Below, piece after piece: positions 1 through 32,761 of a DNA stretch of 64,000 nucleotides. How positions within the stretch are numbered: the stretch's first letter is position 1; the number at the start of each line of letters is the position of its first letter. The stretch is from contig JAWQFM010000004.1 in NCBI GenBank assembly GCA_033442325.1, positions 614,979 through 678,978 of the forward strand. The letters run 5' to 3'. The position numbers and the translations under genes are program-made. A model generated the notes under the pieces. It made no database searches, was not told where the DNA came from, and was given only the letters and a program-made list of their open reading frames with translations. This DNA comes from Salpingoeca rosetta (lineage: Eukaryota > Protista > Choanoflagellata).

Positions 1-109
1 CCGAACGCTTCTTCAGGAAGCGCAGGAGGAAGCACAGCAGCAGCGCCGCAACCAGGGCCACCGCACCCAGCGCAATGGCCACAATCACCTGCACAGACAG
101 CAGCGCCAT
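1..109 (-). CDS. 5' end of a membrane protein with an N-terminal signal-anchor (runs off the window start)
   Basis: ATG at 109 (minus) gives MALLSVQVIVAIALGAVALVAALLLCFLLRFLKKRS, a hydrophobic helix followed by basic residues. It is divergent to the gene starting at 368. Confidence 0.6.
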   Translation of the reverse strand, partial: MALLSVQVIVAIALGAVALVAALLLCFLLRFLKKRS

Positions 110-367
110 CCCCTCCAACACAAATTGAAATTGCTTCCACCAGCCACACACACACACACACACACACTCACACACGGCAAGGCCAAGCCAAAGTCAGCTA
201 GCTTGCTTGCTCGCTTGCTTGGCGAGTGGGTGCGTGGTGTTGTTGTTGGGGTCGTGTTGTTTGCCCGCACTCTCGCACCTTTTGGCACTGCAAACAATTC
301 GCGAAGATTTCAGTAAACTTTCCGCAACCACGGAGGACAGCACAACGCAAGGGCAGTGGCGTTGAGG

Positions 368-1861
368 ATGATGATGATGTGCTTGGGAAGTTGGGTGGCG
401 GTGGTGGTGTGTTGTTGTTGTTGTTTGTTGATGGGTGGTGTTGACGGCAGCGCTGTGAGAGGAGGAGGAACAACAACAACAGCCAACTACTATGTGGACG
501 TGCGTGGATCGGATGATGGCGATGGGTCGCAAGCACACCCCTTCCGCACCGTGCAGCGTGCTCAGGTGTGGTTGAGTGTGGTTGAGTGTGAGTGCTGGTT
601 TGCGTTGTATCTGCGTGTGTGTGTATCTGTGTGTGTATCTGTGTGTGTATTTGTGCGCTGGTGTGTGTTTACATGTGTGCTTTTGCACACCGTGTTTCTC
701 CTCACGTTCTCTTCCCCCTCTTCCCCCAACACGCACGCCTGTTTGACAGGCTGCCGCGCGATCTGCGGCCAAGAGCGGCGGCGTCAACGTGTACTTGAAC
801 AACGGCACGTTCTTCCTCAACTCCACGCTCGTCTTCACACCGCAGGATTCCGGCCTCTCCGCCTCGCAACCAATCGTCTACCAGAGCACATCCAAAACCA
901 ATCCCGCGGTGGGTCAGTGCGAGTGAGTGTGTGTGTATGTGAGTGAGCGTGTGAGTGTGTGTATGTATGTGAGTGTGTGTGTGTGTGTAAAATAAATGGA
1001 TGTACTCTCGTGTGTCGCCTTGCACGCTCCTTGTCAGCCCAATGGTTTCCCCTCACTTCTCATTCCCCCTCCCCTTTTCCACTTCCCCCCTCTACCCCGT
1101 TTCTGGTTGCCTGCAGCAACTGACAAGCGCAGTGGAGATCACGGGCTGGAAGAAAGTTGGCAACACGACCCTGGGTCACATCTGGGAAGCGCCGTTGCCT
1201 GCCGGCGTGGACTTCTTCCACCAGCTGTGGATCAACGGCCGCCGCCAGCACGTTGCCCGCCAGCCCACGCGCGCATATGAGAAGGCGACACCCAACAGCG
1301 TCATCTTCAAGCCGGGCCAGCTCACGGCCGTGCCGCACAACCTCGACGACGCATATGTGGTGCTGTACGAATCGTGGACTGCGAGCCTGCACCAGATTGC
1401 CAGTATCGATATGGACACACGCAACATCACACTCAAGACTACTTACAACAACAAGGTGTGTGTGTGTGTGTATGTGTGTGTGTATGCGTGTGTGTATGCG
1501 TGTGTGTGCGTGTAAGTATGTATGCGTGTGTATGCGTGTATGCGTGTGAGTATGCGTGCGTGTGTGCGTGTGTAAGTGTGTAAGTATGTATGTGTGTATG
1601 TATGCGTGTATGCGTATGTGTGTGCATGTGTGTGTGTGTTGTCTGTTCTTGCTCGAATCACTCTACGCCTCCCACTTCTCCCCTGTCTCTCGCCATTCCC
1701 CTTACCTCCCCAACCACCCCCACTATCACCACCCAATAGTGGTCTGGTTCGGCTGCGGGTTCGCGGTACTATCTTGCTTCCATCGTCGAAGCGCTTCCGA
1801 CCCCGGGCTACTTTTACGTCGACAGACACGCACGCACCGTCTCGTGAGTATTACGTGTTGA

Positions 1862-1927
<66 letters not shown>

Positions 1928-2649
1928 ATGTGTGTACATGTGTGTGTGTGTGCGTTGATGTGTGTTTTTGCACGTGCGTGTCTGCTTGCGTCGTCCTGCA
2001 TCCAACCATGTGAATGTGCGTTAAACACTTAACGATCACCACCTCATGGCAAGACACCATGCCAACATTCCACTCCGTATCTGCTTGCAGCCTGTGCACG
2101 AACAACAAGACGGATCCAAACGCGGAGAAGGTGGTGGCCGCCACCCAGATTGAGGTGTGTGTGCGTGAATGCGCTGGGCGCATCTCAAGTGGGCTCCATT
2201 CCTGTTGTGTCACTGTTTGCACTCATCCACTTCACCCTGACGCGTGCACACGCACACACACTTACTCACACGCTCACACGCTCACTCTCTCTCTCTCACA
2301 CTGACACATACACACACAAATACACACAAGTTGATTCGTGTGCAAGGCAACGCCACAGCTGGACAGTTTGTCCGGAACATTCACTTTCGCAATCTGGACA
2401 TTCGCTATTCGGCCGTGGACGTGAGCACGTGTTTCTCCAGCTCCTGCGACGCGCAGTCCGCGGATTTTCTCACCACCGCCACCATCCACATTACAGGTGG
2501 TGACGATGGCAGTTGGTGTTACTCGTTGTGCTCACATGATGCTGTTGTTGCGGTCTCTAATACCTTCATTCGTGCATTCAAGGAGCGCACGCAGCTTCAC
2601 ACATTTGCACACGCACGCACACACACACACGCACACACACACGCACGCA

Positions 2650-2712
<63 letters not shown>

Positions 2713-4360
2713 ACACACATACACACACACACACACACACCCTCTCCTACTCATCCCTCCTGTGTACCAGGAAGGGTGCGGGGTGCTGGCGCAACTCGTC
2801 GCCCACACGATCATCCAACACAACCTCATCTTCAACTTTTCCTACGGGGTGTTCAACTCGTCGCTGACGCAGAGCCACGTTGCGGATGTTGGTGCCGGTG
2901 GTGTTCGTGTTGGTGTTGGCATGACTGACATTGGCCTGTCTCTCCTCTCCGATATGGGGTGAGCAAATGCTTGCACTCGTGTGCTTGACAGCGTGAATTT
3001 ACATGAATGTGCTCCTTGTGTTGCTCGCTCGTTCACTTCTTCGCTTGTTTGCTCAGTTGCTGGGTTGGTGATTTGTTCATTGGTTTCCGTTCGAATGTTT
3101 GCGTGTATGGCTGCTTCTTGTCCTCTAATTTGTTGACCTTACTCATCAAACGATGCTCACTGCATCAACCCATTCCCTTGTCTCTTCGATGTGTTTGTCA
3201 GGTGCGTGTACACGCTCGGAAAGCAACCAGGCACCCAAGTCATCAACAACATCTGCCACACCGTGTATACCTACAACTACGGGTGAGTTTGCTGTGGCAC
3301 TTGTGTGTGTGTGTGTGCGTATGCGTGCGTGTGTATGTGCGTGTGTGTGCGTGCGTGTGTATGTGCGTGTGTGTGCGTATGCGTGCATGTGTGTGTGTGT
3401 ACGTATGTGTACGTGTGCGTGTGTGTGTTTGTGTGCAGACTCCTGAACGCCACCATCATCACCTCTTCCTCCTCTCCCCACTCGCCACCCTTGCCTGCCA
3501 TATTCCACCCCACCAGCGGCTGGGGTCTGTACACGGACGAGGGAAGCTCATACATTCAGCTCCGAGACAACATTGTCTTCCACACGAAATGCGCGGGCGT
3601 TCACCAGCACTAGTGAGTTGTGACCGCTTGACACAAACGCGTGCACATGTTGCTGCAGATGTGGCTATGCGTGTGTGTGTGTGTGCATGTGTGTGCATGT
3701 GTGTTTGTGTCTGTGTATGTGTGTTTGTGTGTTTGTGTGTATGTATGTGTGTATGTATGTGTGTTTGTGTGAGGGGGTACGGTGTCGCCGTGAATGCCAC
3801 TTGTATCTGTGAGCGCGTGGGCGTGCATGAAGTTTGCGTCGTCGATGTGTGTGTGTGTGTGTGTGCGAGATTTCATCCATCATCAATGCTCCCACTGCCT
3901 TGTCCCTCTCCATCTAAAGCGGCACGGACAACACCTTCTCCAACAACATCCTTGCAGAAGTGAACACATTGACGTGCGATGCAGCCATAAGGTGCGTGGG
4001 AGGGGAGGGAGCAGCGTTGGAGAGGAAAGTAGCAAGGAAGCTCTAGTGTGTGCGTGACGTGAACTCATCATGCCCCTGTTCTTTCACACACACACACACA
4101 CACACGCACACCCACACCCACACAACCAAACAAACACACACACACATACACACACACACGCACACACACGCACACACACACACACACACGATTGCGTGTC
4201 CCTGCAGGTCATCGCAGCATCCCGGCAACTGCACGGCGGCGGCGCCCGATGGCGCCTGCAGCTCATTCACGTTTGACACGAATATCGTGTATGTCCGCGA
4301 CTACGACGTCTTTGATGCCACGATTCCAACGGGCTTCCAGGTGTGTGTGTGCGTGCGCGC

Positions 4361-4448
<88 letters not shown>

Positions 4449-4982
4449 GTGTGGGTGGGTGTGGGTGTGGGTGTGGGTGTGGGTGTGGGTGTGGGTGTGG
4501 GTGTGGGTGTGTGGGTGCATCTGTGCTGTTGCATTTGTTCCCTTCGTGCCGTTCCGTACTCGCGCGGGTACACTCACCAGTCACTCACATGACCACATTT
4601 CCGTGCGTCCATGTCACTGCCCAGAACATGACGTTTGATAACAACACATATTGGAAAGGAGACAAAACACCCATCGTGTTCCCCGAGAAGAAGACTTTCA
4701 AGCAGTGGAAGTGAGTGAAACAGCTGATTACATCGCAGTGCATGCAGCGAATGGCACCCCCTGTTTCTTCTAACCACGTCATGCATTCACACACACACAC
4801 ACACACACTCACACACACACTCACACTCGCACTCGCACATACACCAGGGCGGAGGGCAAGGACGTGCATTCTGTGATTGCAGATCCGCAATTTGTTGACG
4901 GTACACACAACGACTGGTCGCGATTCAATTCAAACTCCCCGGCACTCAAACTCGGATTCAAGCCCATCAACATCTCCCAGGT

Positions 4983-5027
<45 letters not shown>

Positions 5028-5251
5028 AACGTGTGCGCGTGTGCGTGTGTGTGTGTGCATACGTGTGTGTATGTAGTTGTATGCCACCCATCTCACCTTT
5101 CTCACGCCTCACTCAATCTCCATTGACACCTCGCGATATTCCACGGCAGGTTGGCCCCGTCGCACTCGACTCGCCGCTGCTGTTTGATCATCACGAGCAC
5201 GTGCGCAGATTCGTCGATGAAGGCGCTCTGCACCACATCATCGTCTGGTGA
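368..5251 (+). CDS. Secreted right-handed parallel beta-helix (pectin-lyase fold) glycoside hydrolase, GH141-like; multi-exon; core possibly rearranged or disrupted
   Basis: Signal-like N-terminus, then [139 protein letters not shown] and [18 protein letters not shown], split by GT-AG introns. These motifs are typical of bacterial beta-helix GH141-type proteins. Confidence 0.75.
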
Positions 5252-5257
5252 TGTGAT

Positions 5258-5326
<69 letters not shown>

Positions 5327-5916
5327 GTCCTGTCGCTGGCTGCTCTGCATCCACCTCCATGCTTGTGCTTGTTTGCACCCTCAAGCCCCTCCCCTCCCCC
5401 CAGCCCCGTGTTTCACGATCGCTGGCGGTCGCGTTCCACTGTTGTTTGCGGCAAGCTGTTTCAACGGATGAAAGCAAATGGGTGTTACTGTCCAGTGGGG
5501 AGCAAGCAGCTGCACATACACCAGCTCACAAGCCCGCGGAGAACAACCCAACAACACATGTTGCTGGGGAAACGAAGTGTGAACAAGGCACGATGCGAAG
5601 AAACCAACACACACACACACACACACATACACAAACAAGTAGAGCAAGGGGCAACGAATGTGAAAGAAATCAATGCAAAATGTGACGTGTTTGGCAAATG
5701 AAACTATCAGAAGAGAAGAAAACACGGTTCAGAGAGGAGAGAGCACACAAGCTCTGGCACACGTCAACGCACAAAACACACACTGTCCACACAAACACAC
5801 ACCAACTTCACACACACACAAACACAAACACACACACACACGCATTCACAAACTCTCATACACATGTGTGCCACCATCTATGATGAACACTCCTCAGAGC
5901 AATCAAAGGGTAACAG

Positions 5917-8900
5917 TCACGATGAGCCAAGGATCATGAGGGTCAAGCCAGGGTTCACGCGAAGGATAGGCAGAATGCGCGCGAGTGGATTTATCCTCCG
6001 GCGATTGATGTTTCCGCCACATTCGTACAGGTCGTAGATTGGCGGTGATTCCATCATCTGGCGTGTGTGTGTGTTTGTTTGTGTGTGTGTGTGTGTATAT
6101 GAGAGGAAGAAATAGCAGGAATACGGCGTGCAGACGCGCGAAATAAGAGAGCGCGTGTTTCAAAACACACACACGCACGCACGCACGCACACACATCACA
6201 CACACACACANNNNNNNNNNNNNNNNNNNNNNNNNNNNNNNNNNNNNNNNNNNNNNNNNNNNNNNNNNNNNNNNNNNNNNNNNNNNNNNNNNNNNNNNNN
6301 NNNNNNNNNNACACACACACACACACACGTCACCCCTGCTCGCCATGCTCACCCTGAGAATGTCAGCGCATGTCGTGTCGCGCGTCACTTCGAGATCCGG
6401 CTCGAGCTCTCCTGTTGGTCCAATGACAGACACGCACGCCTCCACAGGCGGCACCTTTGTCGAGTTGGACACCCACCGCACCATCACGTCTGATGCGGGC
6501 TTGTTCGGCGCCTTGCTAAACAGGCCTGACTTGCGTTCCGTCAGCAGTCGCTTGAGGTCTTTTGGTTTGTTCGCTTTCCGTCCGCTCATCCGCGACTCGT
6601 TCACAAACCGAATCTGCCCGAGAATGTCCGCAGGCACCTGCAGAGGGTGCGTGCGTGCGTGTGTGTGTTCATGTGTGTGTGTGTGTGTGTGTTCATGTGT
6701 GTTCATGTGTGTGCGTGAGTGTATGTATGTGTGTGTTCATGTGTGTTCATGTGTGTGTGTTCATGTGTGTGTTCATGTGTGTGTGTGAACTTGAATTCTA
6801 TTTGAGATACGACCTACATGTGCAATGATATCACTCACCATCGCCACCATCCCATCACCACTTCACCACAACCACCACCACCACCATGCACGCACCTCCC
6901 AGAGCTTGCGATGGTTCTCAAGCATGAGCTTGAGTGTCGACGCCGTTGTGACCTGGATCTCAACCTCCTTCAGCATCCGCTTGCCTTTGTGCCCGCGCAC
7001 GTAGAACAGCGTCGGCGCAAACACAACTGACGGCCAGAGCACACGTGCACGAACATGTTTGGAGATGCGTGAGTGAGTGTGTGTGTGTGAATGTGTGTGT
7101 GTCTGAATGTGTGTGTCTGAATGTGTGTGTCTGAATGTGTGTGTGTGTGTGTGGGTGGGAGTCGCACAACATGGCCGTCATGCACACACGCACACACACG
7201 CACACACACGTACACACACACACACACACACATGCACGCATTTATACACGCGTGCAAAGAACAAACCAGTCGCAACTACAGCTAATCTTTCGTCCCCCCT
7301 CCAAAACCACCACATTATCACCGCACCTGCGAGGTTGCGCGTGCTCATCTTGTTCTCGTCCGCGTTCTCGCCGACTTTGACGAGAAAGGCAAGCAGGCGA
7401 CGGAGGCACGCGCGGTGCACCTTTGGCAGGAGCATCACCAGCAGCTGCAGCCCGTACACCTGGTCCTTCAGGCGCTGCGTTAGGCTGAACGCCTCGATGT
7501 ACGCGTCCGTCAGCAGCGGCTCGGGCGTCTCCCTGAAGGGAGGGGGGGCGGTTGGTGATGGTGAGCGTTGTTACGGTGGTGGTAGTGGTGGTGGTGGTTA
7601 GAACATCAGTGTGGGTTGAGAGAAGGCAACGTCGTTCATGTACNNNNNNNNNNNNNNNNNNNNNNNNNNNNNNNNNNNNNNNNNNNNNNNNNNNNNNNNN
7701 NNNNNNNNNNNNNNNNNNNNNNNNNNNNNNNNNNNNNNNNNNNNNNNNNNNNNNNNNNNNNNNNNNNNNNNNNNNNNNNNNNNNNNNNNNNNNNNNNNNN
7801 NNNNNNNNNNNNNNNNNNNNNNNNNNNNNNNNNNNNNNNNNNNNNNNNNNNNNNNNNNNNNNNNNNNNNNNNNNNNNNNNNNNNNNNNNNNNNNNNNNNN
7901 NNNNNNNNNNNNNNNNNNNNNNNNNNNNNNNNNNNNNNNNNNNNNNNNNNNNNNNNNNNNNNNNNNNNNNNNNNNNNNNNNNNNNNNNNNNNNNNNNNNN
8001 NNNNNNNNNNNNNNNNNNNNNNNNNNNNNNNNNNNNNNNNNNNNNNNNNNNNNNNNNNNNNNNNNNNNNNNNNNNNNNNNNNNNNNNNNNNNNNNNNNNN
8101 NNNNNNNNNNNNNNNNNNNNNNNNNNNNNNNNNNNNNNNNNNNNNNNNNNNNNNNNNNNNNNNNNNNNNNNNNNNNNNNNNNNNNNNNNNNNNNNNNNNN
8201 NNNNNNNNNNNNNNNNNNNNNNNNNNNNNNNNNNNNNNNNNNNNNNNNNNNNNNNNNNNNNNNNNNNNNNNNNNNNNNNNNNNNNNNNNNNNNNNNNNNN
8301 NNNNNNNNNNNNNNNNNNNNNNNNNNNNNNNNNNNNNNNNNNNNNNNNNNNNNNNNNNNNNNNNNNNNNNNNNNNNNNNNNNNNNNNNNNNNNNNNNNNN
8401 NNNNNNNNNNNNNNNNNNNNNNNNNNNNNNNNNNNNNNNNNNNNNNNNNNNNNNNNNNNNNNNNNNNNNNNNNNNNNNNNNNNNNNNNNNNNNNNNNNNN
8501 NNNNNNNNNNNNNNNNNNNNNNNNNNNNNNNNNNNNNNNNNNNNNNNNNNNNNNNNNNNNNNNNNNNNNNNNTCATTCAGATTTAGTTCATCACGCGACA
8601 ATCGAGCTTTGACACTGCGTGTTGTCGCTGAGTGCGCTCGTATGGTCGGTGGACAATAACAGACGTGTGGCTACGATCATCATGTGTTCCTTAGAATATC
8701 ATGATTCACCTGTACCAACGAAGACATGTACACATCGAGACATCTGTTCGTGTGTGCACTTCCTCGACGTCACCAACGAACTCAAACACCGCCGCCACCA
8801 CCATCACCGCTCAGCATCACCACAACGACGGACACCACCACCACCACCATCACCACCCATTATCATCATCATGACATACGCACCTGCTTCTGGTCCTCCT

Positions 8901-8994
8901 CGCTGAGGTCGTAGAACATTGTCGGAACATCGACTTTCGTTGACAGCAGCCGCTGCCGCATCTCCTGATTGGCGGCGGGGATGGTGGTTTGAAG

Positions 8995-9084
<90 letters not shown>

Positions 9085-9407
9085 TGGGGGAGGTGAGAAT
9101 GGTGTTTGGTGATGAGGAGAGCGTTGATGAGGTTGTTGTTGGAGGACCGCGAACGAATCTAAACTCGCACACACACACAGACACACATGCGCACCATTGC
9201 CTGTACCTCCTGCTGGGGCGGGTTTGCAAAGATGTCCTTTGCCGATGGCTTTGAGGGCTTCTTGATCCCGCGCATAGAGAGCGTCCTGGTGATGCATGGT
9301 GGTGGCCACAACGATGGTGATGGTGGTGATGGTGGTGATGGTGGTGGTGGTGGTGAATGACGGTAGCAACAGGCGGGGGAAGAGTGCGTTAGTTGATGTC
9401 CACAGGC

Positions 9408-9461
<54 letters not shown>

Positions 9462-9738
9462 CACACACGCACGCACACACACACACACACAACACATACA
9501 CACACACACGCCACGCAAGCACGCACACACACACACACACGCACACATACGCACACACGCACACACACTCTCTCTCACACCACCACCACCACAGCGCGTA
9601 CTCGTTCAGGAGCTGTGCGCGCGCCTTGACGGCCCTCTTCTGCTGTGCACTGAACCCGGCCATCTGCGCCTCAATGTCCGCATCTGGTCGGAGGATGGCA
9701 TGGAGAGGGTGGGTGGATCAATTTGGCGATACGTGATG

Positions 9739-9799
<61 letters not shown>

Positions 9800-10583
9800 A
9801 GTGTGTGTGTGTGTGTGAGTGTGTGTGTGTGTGTGATAGCGCACCAACACCAAGGCAGCACATACTGCGTCCACATACACGCACAAAGTAGTTGAGAATG
9901 ACCGAACGAACCCCCTTCCTTCCTTCCTTTCCTCTCTCCCCCCGCCCGCCACCTACACACGAACCTGTGATGTGTTTCCCTGACTCGAACTTCTGTGCAA
10001 GACTATCGAATCCCGTCTCAGAGAGCCACTTTGCCTCAGACTCCGGATCAGCCGCCACCTCCGATGGCGCTTCCTCTTCCTCGTCCCCCTGCACATGTGT
10101 GAGTGTGAGTGTGTGTGTGTGTGCGTGTGTGTGTGTGTGTGTGTGCGTATGAGTGTGTGGGTTGGGGATAAAGGAAGGTATGTGCGTTCATGTGATGCTA
10201 GGACTGCCATTGCCAACACACACACATGCGCACTCGCACACACACACACACACACATACACACATACACACACACACACACCTGTGAGTCTGCGACGGCC
10301 CGGAACTCATGCAGGAGAACTTCGAGATCAAGTGCATTGAACCGCTCGCGGATTGTTTCCGTGATGTGCGGGTTGCGATGTCTCAACGGCTGCGCATCCA
10401 AACAAAAGCGGTCGTGGAAGGGGAAGTGAAGCGTGAGAAGCGTGAGAAGAGCATCAAACTCGCGAACACACATCGATGCACACGCCTGACGGTGGCGCTC
10501 CATCTGCTGTACACAAACACACACGTACACACACACACACACACATACGCGCGCGCACACACACACACGTACACACACACACA

Positions 10584-10650
<67 letters not shown>

Positions 10651-10723
10651 CCAAACCTACGTTTGCGCTGGATACGGTTGCGGATCGCGCAGAGCGCATC
10701 GCCGAAGGCTTCATGTCACTCAT
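5917..10723 (-). CDS. ARHGAP18: RhoGAP of the ARHGAP18/28/40 (Conundrum) subfamily; multi-exon; part of the GAP domain lies in the gap 7644-8572
   Basis: RhoGAP C-half [15 protein letters not shown]...[35 protein letters not shown]. Subfamily motifs [25 protein letters not shown] and [12 protein letters not shown]. Terminal exon [27 protein letters not shown] resembles the ARHGAP18 C-terminus (LYEIGGNIGER...LNP). The start codon is uncertain. Confidence 0.8.
7644..8572. other. Assembly gap (N run); further gaps at 6211-6310, 11088-11346, 46417-47414 and 49876-50188
   Basis: Runs of N, most flanked by (CA)/(GT) microsatellites. Confidence 1.
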
Positions 10724-10986
10724 AGCTGCTGCTTCACCCGACAACAACACAACACGGGCACGTGATATCCTTTCCCGCCTGCTTCTCTTTGCGAGCTGAT
10801 GAAGTCTCTTAGTCTCTCGGTTCGGCTGCGATAGTCACGCCTCTTCCCAGTGACGCGGTGACGACGTGCACGAGCGTGGCGTTCTGCAAGCCGCAACGGT
10901 CACAACGCAATTCACAAAGCCAGGCAATGTGAGTCCATCCACGCAAGAACATGTACAACACACGACACCACACACGCAGGGCATCT

Positions 10987-11083
<97 letters not shown>

Positions 11084-11346
11084 ACACNNNNNNNNNNNNN
11101 NNNNNNNNNNNNNNNNNNNNNNNNNNNNNNNNNNNNNNNNNNNNNNNNNNNNNNNNNNNNNNNNNNNNNNNNNNNNNNNNNNNNNNNNNNNNNNNNNNNN
11201 NNNNNNNNNNNNNNNNNNNNNNNNNNNNNNNNNNNNNNNNNNNNNNNNNNNNNNNNNNNNNNNNNNNNNNNNNNNNNNNNNNNNNNNNNNNNNNNNNNNN
11301 NNNNNNNNNNNNNNNNNNNNNNNNNNNNNNNNNNNNNNNNNNNNNN

Positions 11347-11429
<83 letters not shown>

Positions 11430-11690
11430 CCACTCTCTCTCCCCCTCCTCGTCTCTGCCAGGCGAGAATAACTTTATGGTCGGTAACCCAAGGCAAACCC
11501 AAAGCACAGAGGTCCATCCAAACATGTACGCGCAAGCCAGCGAGCGACCAAAGTTCAGTGCGTAACATAGCATCAGCATCAAGCCAATAACCCCAATCAC
11601 AACAATCAAACATGGCATCGACTACCTCCGCCCCCCCCCCTCATCTCCACACACACACACACACACACCACCATCACCACCCTCAAGGGT

Positions 11691-14046
<2,356 letters not shown>

Positions 14047-14190
14047 GACTGTTTCCGTGTGTCGCCTGTCGTTAGAGAATGGATTGCCGATAATTTACCG
14101 AAAACTTTGCTACTGTTCCTTTGCAATTGGCTAATTCGCATGTCAATTAGCAAACGACAACACATTGGTGACTCACCATCGACGGAAAAC
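14047..14190. promoter_or_regulatory. Compact bidirectional promoter between SNF8 and TMEM184
   Basis: Only 144 bp separate the divergent ATGs; the spacer is AT-richer and free of microsatellites. Confidence 0.65.
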
Positions 14191-18098
<3,908 letters not shown>

Positions 18099-18417
18099 CC
18101 GTGGTGTTCACGCCACGTGATGGTGGTATGAAGTCGGATGGGATGGGATACGTGGAGGGAGGGGATGAAGGAGAAGGGATGAGGTGGCATGAGTGGGTGT
18201 GGTCGGCGTTGAAGGGTAGTTGGTTGGTTGGTGGGTTGGTTGGTTGGTTGGTTGGTTGGTGGGTTGGTGGGTTGACGGTGAGGAAGGGAAATGCAGGGGT
18301 GAGTGTTAACCAGAGAATCTAACTGTCCGCCTCCATTACAGTATGATGGCAGAGCAACAAGGGTGCACTGTAGCGAACAATGGGTGTGAAGGGAGCGGAG
18401 CAGGCTCATGTTTTCAG

Positions 18418-18492
<75 letters not shown>

Positions 18493-18665
18493 GCACAAAA
18501 AGTTATGCCATCGCGCCAACAAATCAGAAGAAGAAGAAGCAACAGCAACACCAGTTACAACACAGTTGCTGCAGCTGCTGATCCGCCAACACCACCGCTA
18601 CAGCAGCAACAGCAGCGACAGACGACACCGGCAGTAACAGGAAGAGTGACGCGTGATCGGTGAGC

Positions 18666-32276
<13,611 letters not shown>

Positions 32277-32290
32277 CGCTGCTTGTCGGT

Positions 32291-32376
<86 letters not shown>

Positions 32377-32761
32377 CGCTTGTTTGTTTGCTTGTTTGTT
32401 GTTTGTTGTTTGTTTGTGTGTTCGTTTGTTTGTTTGTTTGTCTCTGTGTGTCTGTATCTCTCTGCCTGTGCGTGTACGTGTGTGAAGGCAACACTGGCCC
32501 AGCACATGAAAGCAATCTATTGTGTGTTGGAGTCTCAACTCTTCCGGGCATTTGAGTAATGTGCAATACATAGAACCAGGTTGGCGTTTGGCGCGAGAAC
32601 TTGAAAGCGAAAACACAACAAGCAAGCATCGGAGGAATCCTCGCACTACATGGACACAAAGCAGAACACAAACAAACAAACAGGTACATAAGCATAAGCA
32701 GCAACGCTAGGCAACGCGACGCAACGCAACGCAACGCAACGCAAATATCCGCAACACCACA

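Noticed and set aside
5903-6060. ORF-track frame [10 protein letters not shown]... as the RhoGAP C-terminus
   Set aside because: The alternative frame ([11 protein letters not shown], stop at 5917) matches the ARHGAP18 C-terminus.
7242-8659. Long ORFs of 320-490 aa spanning N runs (also 46153-47703 and 49739-50798)
   Set aside because: They are open only because of assembly gaps.
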